A stretch of 64,000 nt of DNA, taken from Deltaproteobacteria bacterium. Its GTDB lineage: Bacteria > Desulfobacterota > Deferrimicrobia > Deferrimicrobiales > Deferrimicrobiaceae. The DNA is taken from positions 478 through 64,477 of the forward strand of contig JACRNP010000012.1 of the NCBI GenBank assembly GCA_016234845.1. Direction: 5' to 3'. The notes under the pieces were generated by a model, which saw only the letters and a list, made by a program, of their open reading frames with translations, had not been told where the DNA came from and ran no database searches. Made by a program: the position numbers and the translations under genes. Within the stretch, counting starts at the first letter, position 1, and each line of letters begins with the position of its first letter. This document shows, piece by piece, positions 17,615-29,200 of this stretch.

Positions 17615-20600
17615 ATGGAGACGGGAAAAAGGCAAACGGTCGCCCTGATCGGGGGATTTCTCATGTTTGCCGTTTTGATCACGGCCTTCCCGGGCGGTAT
17701 GGGTATGAACGAAGCGCGGGCCGCGCACTCGGACTACATGGGAGGAGCACAGGGGTGCGACGCCTGCCACAACCTGGCCTACACGGCGGTCGATCCCACG
17801 CCGTACACGAGCTACATCCTGAACAGCAAGCTGATGGAGATCAAAGGGCTGAACGCCGGTACCACCCCGGACCTGATGCCGTGCACGTTCTGTCACAGCT
17901 ACACCACCGCGGCCCGCCGGCAGTTCATGACGAACTGGAACGTGATGAAGGAGGAGCGGAGCCAGTTCACGGGGACGGAGGGATACAACGATCCGAAACG
18001 CCATCACCCCGTGGACCGGTCCTACGACCTCGACGATCCGGTCCGCCGGAACGTGAACCTGTATCCGTACGAAGTGAACAACATCACGATGTCGCCATGG
18101 CTCGGGAGCGATCCGTACAGAAGCTGGACCAAGCCGGCCAGCCAGATGGCGTGCACCGATTGCCACGACGTGTCCCTCTACACGGCGGCCTATCCGGACC
18201 ACCCGGCGTTGTGGAACGCGGACAACACGCCGATCACCTCCTCATCCCGTTACAACAATCCGTTCATGCTCCGGAACGTGACCTCCTGGACCTGGTCCGG
18301 CGCCCCCTCGCAGCCGACGGGGAACGCTCCGGATTCCTTCTGCCTCCAGACCTGCCACAACAGCACTTTCGGGCCCGCCACGAAAATGGGCCATTACGGC
18401 TGGGGTGCGTACGGGTTGAACGGAAACGTCCTCCGGGAACCGGGCGGCACCCCGCTGAAGAAATCGTCTTGCGTCGATTGCCACGAGGTCCACTTCTCCG
18501 GCAACACGACTCCCGGCCTGATGGGGGAGGGAAGATCCTCCAACAATACGATCGACGATCAGAACTGCACCTCGATTTGCCACGACGATACGAACTGGAT
18601 CGCCAGCGGGCACAAGAAAGGGCTTGCAGCGAACTACACATGTTCCTCGAACTGCCACACCACGGCGGTGTCGCACCGTGAAGCAGCGAACCCGCTCCGC
18701 CTGTCCGGCGGCGAGGACGCGATCAAATCCGACCTCTCCACCAACGTGGCGAGCGACAACGCCGACAACGACTACAACGGCCTGGCCGACGACGCGGGCG
18801 AGTCCGCGTTCCGGAGGAGCAGGTCCTCGAACTGCAACAACTGCCACCAGGAGCACGGGTACCACAAGGGGAAGATCGTAAGCGCCACCGACAAATCCGC
18901 GGCGTGCACGGATTGCCACGATCCCCATGGGAAGGGCGTTTTCAACGGGACCGACAACAACGCGTACATGATCCGGGCGACCGTGATCGGGAAAAACACG
19001 GTCTATCGCGGGAAGACCGACTTCTACACCGTCGCCGGGACCGGGGTCTGCGACAACCCGAACTGCCACGGGAAGCCTCTCGGTCCGAAGGGGACCGCCG
19101 GCACGATCATGGAGGATGTCGCCGAGCACCGGACCAACGTCACCGTAACCTTCAACTCCGACTGCACGATCTGCCATTCCCACTCCGGTCCGGGGCCGCA
19201 GACGAGCTTCGCCCCCAACTGCAACGGCTGCCACGACTACGCGGGGCAGCCGCACAAGGCCGGCGCGCACGTGCTGAGCCCGGTGCACGACAAGCACTAC
19301 AAGACATTCGCGGACAACGGGTACGAGTTTTCCTGCTCCTCGTGCCACATGGACAATATCCACAACGAATCGATTGTATCGGTGCCGACCCAATGGGGAG
19401 ACCCGAGCCACACGGATCTCATGATCAGCAACAACGTGCAGGTGAAATTCGACGGCCTGAACCCCGCCGGAACGTACTCCCCGGCCGCCGGGAGCCGCAC
19501 GGCCCCCGCCGCGGGAACGTGCTCGAACCTCCGGTGCCACGGGGCTACCCTTCCGGCGAACGCGAAGGGAACGAACCAGACCCCTTCCTGGGACTGGAAC
19601 CAGCGGTCGACCGGCGCGTGCGGTACGTGCCACCGGGTCTACGCCTCCGCTCTGAAGATGGCCACCGGCGCCCATCGGGATCATGCCGACTCCGCCGCGG
19701 GCTACGGTTTCGGCTGCAACACGTGCCATTACGAGACCACTCCCGACGGCCTGACGATCCCCCTTACCTCCGCTCGCTCCTTTCACATCGACAACAGTTC
19801 CCGGGTGACGTTCAACACGTCGGATTGGCGGTTTACCGGGGCCGGCGCCGGATCGTACACGGGCACGACGACGATCGGGGACGCCGGCGGCACGTGCACG
19901 AACGTCTACTGCCACAGCAAGGCCTCAGCGAAAACGAATCCGTACGGCGGCCTCGTGGTGACCCCGGGCTGGGACAACACCACGGCACTGGCATGCTCCG
20001 CCTGCCACGACGCCCCCCCGGCGTACACGAGCGGGACCCCGAAGGCGAACACCCACGCGAAGCATTCCACCGCGCCTGCGGCATTCGGATGTCAGGTGTG
20101 CCATTGGAGGACGACCCAGGACGGGACGTCGGTGCCGCAGTCCGGGAAGGCAAGCCATGTGAACGGCGAGTGGGATGCCGTCTCCGAAGGGGATGTCGCC
20201 GCGAACCCCGGCGCGACCGCGAAGCAGCTTTCCCACAACTTCGCCTACGACAACTCCCTGAAAACGTGCAACTCCGCGGCGTGCCACGGCGGATGGCTGG
20301 TGGGGAACCCGAACGTCCCCGCCTGGGGCGGCGGCACGATCGGCTGCCAGACCTGCCATTCGAACAGCGCGGGCGTGGCGGTTTCCGCGGATACGGACGA
20401 GTTCGTCTGGGACAACGGGGTGATGTCGAAGGTCCACCCCGGGGAGTACGGCGGTTTGAGCAGCGGCGCCGGGCACGGCCGCAGCGGCAGCGCTTACGCG
20501 TCGGGGCGCGCTGCGGCGGGTTTTGCCGGGCCGGCTCCGGACGCGACCGGCTGCCTGTACTGCCACACGACGGGCGTGGGTCATGGGGATTCGACGAACC

Positions 20601-23600
20601 GCTTCCGCCTGGCGAACAAAGGGCCGGCGAGCGGCGTCCAGGACAACGGGTGGAACAACGTGTGCCTGCAGTGCCACGCCACGGGCGGCGCGGGATTCAA
20701 TCCAGGCACGGGATACGGGTCGAAGGACGCCACGTCCACCTTCGTGGACGACAACCATTACGGGTACAAGCACACGGCAGGCACGATGGGAGGGACGTTC
20801 TGCTGGGACTGCCACGATCCCCACGGGGACACGAACGCGTACATGACGCACTCGGGCGACGGGACGGCTCCCGGGAAGGGAGTGACGTCGGTGTCGGACG
20901 GTGTGTTCGGGATCCCGACGACGTCGCGCCCGGTGTGGGTAGGGGACGTGTCGGCGGCCACGGGCGGGGGGTACACCTCGGCCGACCTGGTGGCGTCGAC
21001 GACGAACAGCGTCGTTGCGGACGGGACGTACCAGGGGCTGTGCCAGACGTGCCACGCGGCGAGCGGTGGTGCAAACTACTACAGGCGGAACCTGTACACG
21101 GCGCTTACCGGCCACAACGGGGCGGACACGCAGCTCTGCACGTCCTGTCACTCCCACAACGCCGGCTTCTCCCCGTCGTGCAACGGGTGCCACGGCGAAG
21201 CGTCCGCTTTGAGCGGCGCGCCGCCGTTCGCTCCCTTCGGCGGCAACCGGATCTGGCCGTCCACGGTGGACAACTACGCCGTCCTCGCGGGATTGGGGAA
21301 CCATCGTTCGCGGCCGGCCAGCGGAGTCGACAATTCGGGACACGACCCGTTCACCGGAGCCACCTCCGGCTGTGTCGAGTGCCACACGAACACTCCCGGC
21401 GGCGGTGCGACGCACAACCAGGCGACGAACGTGAACGCCCCGATGACGAACATCTCCAATCACAACTGGTACGCGGGGGCCGCGGCGTCCTGGTCCCGGG
21501 GGACCCTCGACGGCGGGGTGGCGGGGGGGAGCGTCGTGGACGACTCCTGCTCGAACATCAACTGCCACAGCCCGTATTACGGCACTCCCGCGAACCAGTA
21601 CAAGTCGGGCACCCCGGCTCCGTACACGCGGTATTGGCTGAACATGACGCTGTGGGACTGCTACACGTGCCACGCCTACGACGGTCGCACGGCGACCTCG
21701 CGTCCGGCGGGGGCCGACAACACGATATCTACCGGAATGCATTCCCGGCACGTCGGAACCTTGCAGTACGCCTGCTCGCGGTGCCACGACGTGACGGGGT
21801 ATTCGGCGGCGTCGCTGACGGGGAACCACAAGAACGGTTTTGTGAACTGGAGTTTCGCCGGTTCCCTCAACCCGTATGGGTCGACTCCTTCCTACAGCGT
21901 CGCCACCGGGTCCGCCGCGCCGACCGACGACAACGCGGCCGCCGGCCACCGTTCCTGGGGCAGCTGCTCCAACCTGTACTGCCACAGCATCGGCCAGAAG
22001 GCGACCGGTGCGGTGTTGACCGGGGCGGCGGGGGAGTATCTCGTCCCTGCATGGGACAACGTCCTGAGCGGGCAGTGCGGATCGTGCCACAGGTCCGACG
22101 GGGTCCAGGGCACCGCCACCTGGATGGACAGCGCGGGGCACAACAAGCACCTTTCGCTCCCCTACAGGAACTACTACACCTGCTCCACCTGCCACAACGG
22201 TCTGGGATCCGGCGCATCGTCCCATGTGGACAACCAGGTGAATCTCGCCTTCGGAACGACCTTGAACGGAACGACGATCGGCGCGACGTACAACCAGGGG
22301 AACACGCATCCCGTGGGGAACGGCCTCGGGACCTGCACGGCGACCTACTGTCATGGTACCGGGACCCCGGCGCTCACCGGTGGCGCGAACCAGGCGGGCG
22401 TTCCGAACGTCCCCGCCTGGGGAACCGCATCCACCGCGCTCTGCGGGTCGTGCCACGGCGGGTACGGAGGAGCGGTCAACTATCCCGGGAAGGCATCGAA
22501 TTACCCGACCAGCGGCGCGCACGCGCGGCACATGAACGACCTGTCCGGTCCGATGATATCGGCATGCTACGACTGCCACGCCTCGACCCACGCCGACGGG
22601 AAGGTGGATTTCCGGACGCGGTACGACAACACGACGGCGACGACCTTCGCGCTGACCCAGACGTGCGACCCGTGCCACGGGACCGGCGTTGCGACGGCAA
22701 AGGCGAACTGGAACACGGTGGGCTTGGTGGACTGCCTGACGTGCCACGGATCGACGGCGGCGTACACGAATGCCAACGCCACCGGACGCGTTGCGCCGAA
22801 CGTGGGGGGAGACAATTCGACCTACGGAGCGAACGTGCGGGGGCACAACCGCCCGACGGCGAGCGGCGTGTACCCGGTGACGTCCAACCCGGCGGCGAAC
22901 CGGACGTGCGAGCACTGCCACAATCTGTCGATCGCGCACATCGACGGGACGGACAACACGACGTACGCGGGGAACCGGTTGTGGGACAACGTGAACGGGG
23001 TCAGCGGCATATCGACGGTGTCGGGGATGTGCGCGGCGTGCCACACGACGTCCGGGAGCAGCCCGGCGACGAAGAAGGGGATCAACACGCACGGGAACGC
23101 GGGGTACCCCGGGCGTCTCGAGGCGGTGTTCACGGCCCTTTCGTGCAACCAGTGCCACGAGCCGCACGGGATGGTGAACGTTTCGGCCGCTCCGGCGGGT
23201 TTGAACCTGTGGATGATCAACCCGACGATCACGGTGGCGACGGGCGTCACATCGTCGCCGGTGCGCCTGTTCGCGAAGTCGGGGGCGAATTCCTTCGACA
23301 GCACCGGGACCGCTTCCGACATCTGCCGGGTGTGCCACGCCAACACGTCGAATCCCGGATATCCGATGGCGTACAACGTCGGCGGGCAGCACGCGGCGCC
23401 GGGGTATGCGGGGAACGAGACGGGGAAGGACTGCTCCAGTTGCCACTCGCATAACCAGGACGGCGCGATCGGTACGGTGGACGGGTTGATGCCGCTGGAG
23501 TGCAACGGATGCCACAGCTATCCGGGGCTGGACAACACGGGCGCCAACCTGAAGCAGATGAGCGTCGGGCACTGGAAACACGTCGGTCAGCCGCTCCCGG

Positions 23601-24943
23601 TGGGCGATGCCGCGAACAACAAGGGGTTCGACTGCACGCTGTGCCACTACAACTACACGCACAACGAGTCGGGCCTCGCGAAGGGGCAGGCGTGGCCGGC
23701 CGCGTATTTCGACAACGTGAACGTGAACTTCGACCCGTCGTGGAACCCGGGGAGCACGACGTATCGCGGCCTCGCGGTGCCGACCACCGGGAACGGCGGG
23801 ACGGGAGCCTGCGCGGGGCTGTACTGTCACGGCGGAAACGCGACCCTGAACCCGGGCTGGGCCGGTTCGTCGACCTCGCCGGCGTGGAACGGGACGCTGG
23901 CGTGCGGTACGTGCCACGACACGGGGATCGCGGACACCACCCCGGGGACGCTCTTCTCGACGAAGAACCACCCGGTGCACATCGACAACGTGGGCAAGCC
24001 GTATGGCCCGGAGACGTGGCGGTTCAGCGTCGGGACGAACTGCTCGGAGGGTACCGGCTGCCACACGCGGTACGACCTGACTCCGGGCGGCCTGCACGTG
24101 AACAACGCGAAGGATCTTCGTTCGACGCCTTCGGACAACGGGTACGTCGCGGCGACGCTCGCCACGACGCAGGTGTGCCGGAACTGCCACAGCACGTACA
24201 CGTCGGTGAGCATCCCGGTTTCCGGCGATGCGCAGGTGCGGACGCAGGCGAACTGGGACAATCCGGGGTATTTCGTGGATTGCCTCACCTGCCACAACGG
24301 GACGGCCGCCGGGACCCAGGCCACCGCGCGCATCGACGGGAGCGGCGGCGTGGCGGCGGCCATCGAGGGAACGATTTCCACCATGGGGCACGGAACCGCC
24401 GGGATCGGGTGCGGCTGGTGCCACGGCGACATCGGGCATCTGGGCGCCAACCGTCCGGTGAACTCGAACCCGTACCGGCTGACCGGGTACTTCTTCACCG
24501 GGACATACCCTCCGATCACAACGCTGGGGGGGATCGACTACATCTGCAACTACTGCCACGCGATGTTCGGGCCGCCGGACCACACCTGGCGCGTTTCGGG
24601 GAGCGGGGCGTACGGTCCGGAAGCCAAGGGGGCGGCGGATACGCACCCGACCACCGTCCTCGGAGTCGGAACGGACAAGGACCGGTGGTACCAGTTGCCC
24701 TCCAGCCCGCACATACCGCTGTACGGGGACCTGATGGACAACAACTACAACCGGTCGGGCGGGACGAACAACTATGTGCTGTGCGTCTCGTGCCACGATC
24801 CGCACGGCGTCGGCGCATCCGCGGTTCCCTCGTCGGTTCGCAGGTTCTCCGGCCAGAACACCGATCCGAAGGGGACCAAGGCGCTCCGGTTCAACTATTC
24901 GGTCGGTGCGCCCACCGCGCTCTGCTCGCAGTGCCACAAGTAG
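17615..24943 (+). CDS. Giant multihaem c-type cytochrome (2442 aa, about 55 haem-binding motifs) built from repeated CX3-5CH...CXXCH units
   Basis: The RBS is GGGAGGG and the signal peptide is METGKRQTVALIGGFLMFAVLITAFPGG. The non-canonical motif C-x-[NT]-x-[YR]-C-H is repeated about 8 times (CTNVYCH, CSNLRCH, CSNLYCH, CTATYCH, CAGLYCH, CSNINCH, CNSAACH, CDNPNCH). Each is followed 25-40 aa later by a CXXCH. There are many further CXXCH and CX3CH motifs (CTSICH, CSSNCH, CLQTCH). Confidence 0.9.
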   Translation: METGKRQTVALIGGFLMFAVLITAFPGGMGMNEARAAHSDYMGGAQGCDACHNLAYTAVDPTPYTSYILNSKLMEIKGLNAGTTPDLMPCTFCHSYTTAARRQFMTNWNVMKEERSQFTGTEGYNDPKRHHPVDRSYDLDDPVRRNVNLYPYEVNNITMSPWLGSDPYRSWTKPASQMACTDCHDVSLYTAAYPDHPALWNADNTPITSSSRYNNPFMLRNVTSWTWSGAPSQPTGNAPDSFCLQTCHNSTFGPATKMGHYGWGAYGLNGNVLREPGGTPLKKSSCVDCHEVHFSGNTTPGLMGEGRSSNNTIDDQNCTSICHDDTNWIASGHKKGLAANYTCSSNCHTTAVSHREAANPLRLSGGEDAIKSDLSTNVASDNADNDYNGLADDAGESAFRRSRSSNCNNCHQEHGYHKGKIVSATDKSAACTDCHDPHGKGVFNGTDNNAYMIRATVIGKNTVYRGKTDFYTVAGTGVCDNPNCHGKPLGPKGTAGTIMEDVAEHRTNVTVTFNSDCTICHSHSGPGPQTSFAPNCNGCHDYAGQPHKAGAHVLSPVHDKHYKTFADNGYEFSCSSCHMDNIHNESIVSVPTQWGDPSHTDLMISNNVQVKFDGLNPAGTYSPAAGSRTAPAAGTCSNLRCHGATLPANAKGTNQTPSWDWNQRSTGACGTCHRVYASALKMATGAHRDHADSAAGYGFGCNTCHYETTPDGLTIPLTSARSFHIDNSSRVTFNTSDWRFTGAGAGSYTGTTTIGDAGGTCTNVYCHSKASAKTNPYGGLVVTPGWDNTTALACSACHDAPPAYTSGTPKANTHAKHSTAPAAFGCQVCHWRTTQDGTSVPQSGKASHVNGEWDAVSEGDVAANPGATAKQLSHNFAYDNSLKTCNSAACHGGWLVGNPNVPAWGGGTIGCQTCHSNSAGVAVSADTDEFVWDNGVMSKVHPGEYGGLSSGAGHGRSGSAYASGRAAAGFAGPAPDATGCLYCHTTGVGHGDSTNRFRLANKGPASGVQDNGWNNVCLQCHATGGAGFNPGTGYGSKDATSTFVDDNHYGYKHTAGTMGGTFCWDCHDPHGDTNAYMTHSGDGTAPGKGVTSVSDGVFGIPTTSRPVWVGDVSAATGGGYTSADLVASTTNSVVADGTYQGLCQTCHAASGGANYYRRNLYTALTGHNGADTQLCTSCHSHNAGFSPSCNGCHGEASALSGAPPFAPFGGNRIWPSTVDNYAVLAGLGNHRSRPASGVDNSGHDPFTGATSGCVECHTNTPGGGATHNQATNVNAPMTNISNHNWYAGAAASWSRGTLDGGVAGGSVVDDSCSNINCHSPYYGTPANQYKSGTPAPYTRYWLNMTLWDCYTCHAYDGRTATSRPAGADNTISTGMHSRHVGTLQYACSRCHDVTGYSAASLTGNHKNGFVNWSFAGSLNPYGSTPSYSVATGSAAPTDDNAAAGHRSWGSCSNLYCHSIGQKATGAVLTGAAGEYLVPAWDNVLSGQCGSCHRSDGVQGTATWMDSAGHNKHLSLPYRNYYTCSTCHNGLGSGASSHVDNQVNLAFGTTLNGTTIGATYNQGNTHPVGNGLGTCTATYCHGTGTPALTGGANQAGVPNVPAWGTASTALCGSCHGGYGGAVNYPGKASNYPTSGAHARHMNDLSGPMISACYDCHASTHADGKVDFRTRYDNTTATTFALTQTCDPCHGTGVATAKANWNTVGLVDCLTCHGSTAAYTNANATGRVAPNVGGDNSTYGANVRGHNRPTASGVYPVTSNPAANRTCEHCHNLSIAHIDGTDNTTYAGNRLWDNVNGVSGISTVSGMCAACHTTSGSSPATKKGINTHGNAGYPGRLEAVFTALSCNQCHEPHGMVNVSAAPAGLNLWMINPTITVATGVTSSPVRLFAKSGANSFDSTGTASDICRVCHANTSNPGYPMAYNVGGQHAAPGYAGNETGKDCSSCHSHNQDGAIGTVDGLMPLECNGCHSYPGLDNTGANLKQMSVGHWKHVGQPLPVGDAANNKGFDCTLCHYNYTHNESGLAKGQAWPAAYFDNVNVNFDPSWNPGSTTYRGLAVPTTGNGGTGACAGLYCHGGNATLNPGWAGSSTSPAWNGTLACGTCHDTGIADTTPGTLFSTKNHPVHIDNVGKPYGPETWRFSVGTNCSEGTGCHTRYDLTPGGLHVNNAKDLRSTPSDNGYVAATLATTQVCRNCHSTYTSVSIPVSGDAQVRTQANWDNPGYFVDCLTCHNGTAAGTQATARIDGSGGVAAAIEGTISTMGHGTAGIGCGWCHGDIGHLGANRPVNSNPYRLTGYFFTGTYPPITTLGGIDYICNYCHAMFGPPDHTWRVSGSGAYGPEAKGAADTHPTTVLGVGTDKDRWYQLPSSPHIPLYGDLMDNNYNRSGGTNNYVLCVSCHDPHGVGASAVPSSVRRFSGQNTDPKGTKALRFNYSVGAPTALCSQCHK

Positions 24944-24967
24944 GACGGGACCCAGGGAGGTTCGAAG

Positions 24968-25231
24968 ATGGACAAGCGTGATCGTTACCGGGCGGCACTT
25001 CTCGTCCCGGTTCTCCTGGCGGCACTTGCCGGACCGGCGTGGGCGGCGACGCCCGGGGCCAAGGCAAGCCACCATCCAGGGCAGGACTGCTCCGGGTGCC
25101 ACAAGATCCGTGGAAAGTCGACGGGGGGGACGCCCGCGAAATCCTCTCCCGCGACGCCTGCCAAGGGGACTGCGCCGGCGGCGACTCCATCCGGCGCTAC
25201 TCCTGCGAAGGGAGCCCCCCAACCTCGATGA
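24968..25231 (+). CDS. Small secreted monoheme c-type cytochrome with a Pro/Ala/Thr/Lys-rich tail (87 aa)
   Basis: The RBS GGGAGG lies before the ATG. The signal peptide is MDKRDRYRAALLVPVLLAALAGPAWA. It has a single CSGCH motif. The tail is TPAKSSPATPAKGTAPAATPSGATPAKGAPQPR. Confidence 0.6.
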   Translation: MDKRDRYRAALLVPVLLAALAGPAWAATPGAKASHHPGQDCSGCHKIRGKSTGGTPAKSSPATPAKGTAPAATPSGATPAKGAPQPR

Positions 25232-26202
25232 TGGGCGGTTGCCACAGCGTTGCCGCCAGGGGAGCGGCCTGGGCACGAGGGATGGCGGCGGCCATCTCCC
25301 TCCGGATCCTGCTGCTGCCGTTCACCGCGGGAGCCGCGGACGTGCGGGTCGTAACCACCGCGGACGGACTTCCGTCGAACTGGGTGACGGCGCTTGCGCC
25401 GGAGCCGGGGGGGAAACTGTGGGTGGGGACCGGAAACGCCGGGGTATACCTGTTCGAGCCGGCCACGGGGAAAGGGAAAGGGTACCGTGTCGCCGACGGG
25501 CTTTCTTCCGACGAGACCACATCCATCGCCCTCTTCCGGGGGAAAGTGTACGTCGGTACCGCCGCCGGACTCTCCGTGTTCGACGGCTCCAAATGGGAGT
25601 CCATCACCAGGATCGAAAACGTGACCTTGCGGAATGTCCGGCTCGCCGCCTCGCCCGGCGGGAAGGAGTTGTGGGCCTGCTCCGTCTACCTCGCCGGGGG
25701 GACGGTCCGTTTCGATGGTACGAACTGGAAATTCATGGGGGGGAAGGGGCGCGGCCTGTTCAACGATATCGAATCCTTCGCGTTTCCGCCGACGGGCGTG
25801 GTGATGGCGGGCGGATCGGGAATCCCTTACCTGTACGCGGGGGACGAAGTGAAGGTCATCGGCGAGGGCCTGCCTCCGATGAGCCTGTTCGCCGTCGCGG
25901 AGAAGGAAGAGGCGCTTCTGCTCGGCTCGAGCCGGGGGATGTACCGATTCGACGGGAATAAGTGGAAAGAGATGCCGCTGCCGCCCGCGCTCGCCGGATC
26001 GTCGGTTTTTTCGATCGCGGTGCAGGGTGGAAGGGTGATTGCCGGCTCCGACAGGGGAATCGTCCTCGTTGTGGATGGATCAGCGCGTTTTTTAAGCCGG
26101 AACGAGGGCCTGCCGGCCGACCGGGTCACCGCGGTCGCAATCCTGGACGGCAGGGTCGCGGCGGGAACCGCCCGGGGACTTGCGTTGATCTCGAACTGGT
26201 GA
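25228..26202 (+). CDS. Secreted beta-propeller protein (two-component-regulator propeller / Reg_prop-like repeats)
   Basis: The ATG at 25228 overlaps the upstream stop; an alternative ATG at 25282 gives the signal MAAAISLRILLLPFTAGAA. Repeats include TTADGLPSNWVTALAPEPGGKLWVGTGNAGVYLFEP and GLSSDETTSIALFRGKVYVGTAAGLSVFDG. Confidence 0.6.
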   Translation: MMGGCHSVAARGAAWARGMAAAISLRILLLPFTAGAADVRVVTTADGLPSNWVTALAPEPGGKLWVGTGNAGVYLFEPATGKGKGYRVADGLSSDETTSIALFRGKVYVGTAAGLSVFDGSKWESITRIENVTLRNVRLAASPGGKELWACSVYLAGGTVRFDGTNWKFMGGKGRGLFNDIESFAFPPTGVVMAGGSGIPYLYAGDEVKVIGEGLPPMSLFAVAEKEEALLLGSSRGMYRFDGNKWKEMPLPPALAGSSVFSIAVQGGRVIAGSDRGIVLVVDGSARFLSRNEGLPADRVTAVAILDGRVAAGTARGLALISNW

Positions 26203-26227
26203 GCGGGAAGAAACAAAGGGTCCGGTT

Positions 26228-29200
26228 ATGCGTAATATCAATAGAAACGGGAAGATGCGTCTTCGGGGGAGGACATTGCTGATGGGCGATCGGGCCAGAT
26301 TCCGACCGGTGCATTTCATCCTGCTCCTGCTTCTGTTCCTGGTTTTCCTTGGCTGGCCGCCGGGAGCGGACGCTGCCCACGATCTTTCCCAGGATTGCTA
26401 TAACTGCCACAACATCCAGACCGGCCAGGTCTGGGCCGGATCGTACTCGATCTGGTCCGGCAAGGCGATCGGCATGTCGCCGTATTCGCGACCCGTCACC
26501 TGCGACATCTGCCACTCCGACTACGGCAACCGGTTCAAGTCGACCAGCGAATCGCACCACCCGGTTCCGACCATCGGAGTCGGCGCGATGGTGAACGATT
26601 ACGACAACGGCGTCCGGATCGATTGCCGGGACTGCCACAACGGGAATTCCGTAACCACCCTGACGCCCAACCTCATCCCCGATCTCGCCCCGACCGACTA
26701 CCTGAGCACGGCGGGGAACACCGCGACGGACGGGTATCCCAACCACGACGTCCTCTTTCCGAACAACCAGGTCGTCCCGGGGGACAACGCGCACCTGCTG
26801 TCGATGCTCCTCTCCGCCGGGCAGCGCACCGTTTCCGGCTCTTCCGTCTACAACAAGGTCCCCTCCGCGAACCCCGCGACCGACTACGCTTTCTGCTTCG
26901 CATGCCACGACGGCAGCGCGAACACCGCCCGCGCGGTCAACGTCCGCCAGGACTACATCGACAAGGGGCACTACTTCAAGTCGACCGGCGGGGGGATCAC
27001 CGCGGGGGACCGGATCCCGTGCTCGGACTGCCACGCGAGCCACAACAGCGCGACCAACGCCCGCCTCTTCGAGCCCGACAACACCACCTGGACGGGTGCC
27101 CGACCTTCCGGCTTGACGTTCGCCTCTCCGTACGCGCCCACCAACGCGGAGTACCGGGCGGTCTGCATCTTCTGCCACGAGGATTACAATTCCACGGATT
27201 CGGTGACCACGACCAAGCGGGTCAGAAACGTCGCTCCCGCCCCGCGGAAGTGGGGGGTCACAGGACACGCGGCGTCCGATACGCAGTCGTGCAAGCAGTG
27301 CCACAATCCGCACAAGACCCCGGGCGGCGGTCCGGACTGCCTCACCTGCCACACCGCCGGCGGCGCGGCGGGGGCCGTCTACGATTACATCGACGCACTG
27401 TTCAAGGGGGTCGGTTCCGACAACACCGCGACCCAACCGGCATCCGTCGGTTCGCTCACCTGGAGCCAGCACGGCGGATTCGTGTCCGCGGGCGGCGCCG
27501 CGCGGTTCATATACACGTCGCCCTACAACACGAAAGCGGTAAACGACTGCTTCAAGTGCCACGGCGACCGCCACAACAACACGTATTCCCTGATCGACGC
27601 GGACGGCGCCGATTCCTACGCGTACAGCGCCTCGCTGGGGATGCGGGACAACACGGCCTCCGGAATCGCCAACGCGAACGCCTTCTGCCTCACGTGCCAC
27701 GACGGGAACGGCGCATCCGCGGACGTCCAGATCGGGAACGTGGCCCCTCCGAACGTCGCGGCGAACTATGCCGGCGGAGGCCACGGCCGTCCCCAGGCGT
27801 CGGGCGCCTACACCGTTTCCCAGAACAACCCGGCGAACCTGAAGTGCACCGACTGCCACGAGGTGCACGGCTCCAACCACGCGAAACTGCTGCCGGCGAA
27901 GAAAAACGAGGTCACGGCGAACTTCACGATCCCCTCTAACTTCCCCGAGAAGACGTTCCGCAGCGGCGGGAGCACATTGCTCGCCCGCGACGTCGACTTC
28001 ACCGACTACTCCAGCCCCGCTTCCGGGAACGGTTTCGGCACGACCGGGGATCCGGGAGACCAGCGCGCTCCCGCCGGGGCGACCACCGGCTTCTGCGACG
28101 CATGCCACCGGTTCGCCGGCCGCGCCAACCGCGGCACCGACAACGTGACGGGCAAGACGCACACCCACGAGGGGATCGTCGGTGATCTCAACCAGTCGTC
28201 GCCGTCCCAGATGACGTTCACGAAGGATTGCCTCGAGTGTCACGACACGCACGGCACGACGAACCTCGAAATGGTCCGCACGACGATCAACGGGGTCACG
28301 CCGGTGACGTTCACCTCGCGCACGGGGGCGAACTCCTTCGACCCGGTCGAGGGCGGCAGCACGGCGAACGCGAACTCGGTGTGCACCGCGTGCCACCAGA
28401 ATCCGACCGAGAACCCCGCCCTCAACGTGGACCACAACTTCCGCAGCTCCACCGTGAACCCGGACCACAACGAGGACACGAACTGCACGGCGTGCCACCC
28501 CCACGGGACCGCCGCCGACGCGAAGAAGTTCGGCTTCCCGCAGGCGGCGTGCAACTCGTGCCACGGGACGGTTTCCGACACCGCGGGGATGCCCGCATCC
28601 GGGGACACCGGGACGTACCACACCGACGCCAACAACGTGATCGGCACCCGGGCCGGGGACAACACGGCCCACAAGATCCACGTGAACTACCTGGTGAACA
28701 AGCGCGGCGTGGCGCGGAGCTCCTCCTGCTACGTCTGCCACGCCGGGGGCGGTTCCGGCGAGTCGGGCGGACACCCGGGGAACCCCACGAACAAGAATTT
28801 CAAGAGCGGCACGCAACCTTCCGCGGTTCCGTACCTCCAGGTCGCGCTCGACAACACGGGCGCGGTCTGGAACACATGGAACGGCGCCGGGTCGGGCCCG
28901 ACGTACAGCGGCACCCCCGGCCAGGCGGCGGACAATACGAACGGCTGGAAGACGTGCTCCAACACGAAGTGCCATTACGCCCTGTCGCCGTCCTGGTCCG
29001 GAAAACAGCAGATCACGGCCCTGCCGGGCGTGATGACCGTGTCGACTCCCGACGCGCTCCCCGCCGCTGGAAACGTCCTCCAGGGTTCTACCAACAACGT
29101 GATCGACAAGATCCGCCTCCAGACCGATGCCTCGGGTACGGTCATCGACAACCAGTTCAAGGTGCGCATGGGCGTCGGGGCGACGGCGGTGTACGGGACC

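Noticed and set aside
17563-18681. 372-aa + ORF overlapping the 5' end of the 2442-aa cytochrome
   Set aside because: It is in an alternative frame of a region whose main frame carries a signal peptide and regularly spaced haem motifs. Its translation is Arg/Gly/Pro-rich.
19925-25276. 1783-aa ORF on the minus strand, and the similar long antisense ORFs 2018..6055 (1345 aa), 33418..36156 (912 aa), 26126..28975 (949 aa), 56105..59401 (1098 aa), 30238..32265, 13458..15458, 58510..60774 and 52729..55116
   Set aside because: They lie antisense to genes with unmistakable protein signatures (CXXCH arrays, beta-helix repeats, HEMGH). Their translations are Arg/Pro/Gly/Val-rich low-complexity strings typical of GC-rich antisense frames. 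They have no start context or motifs.
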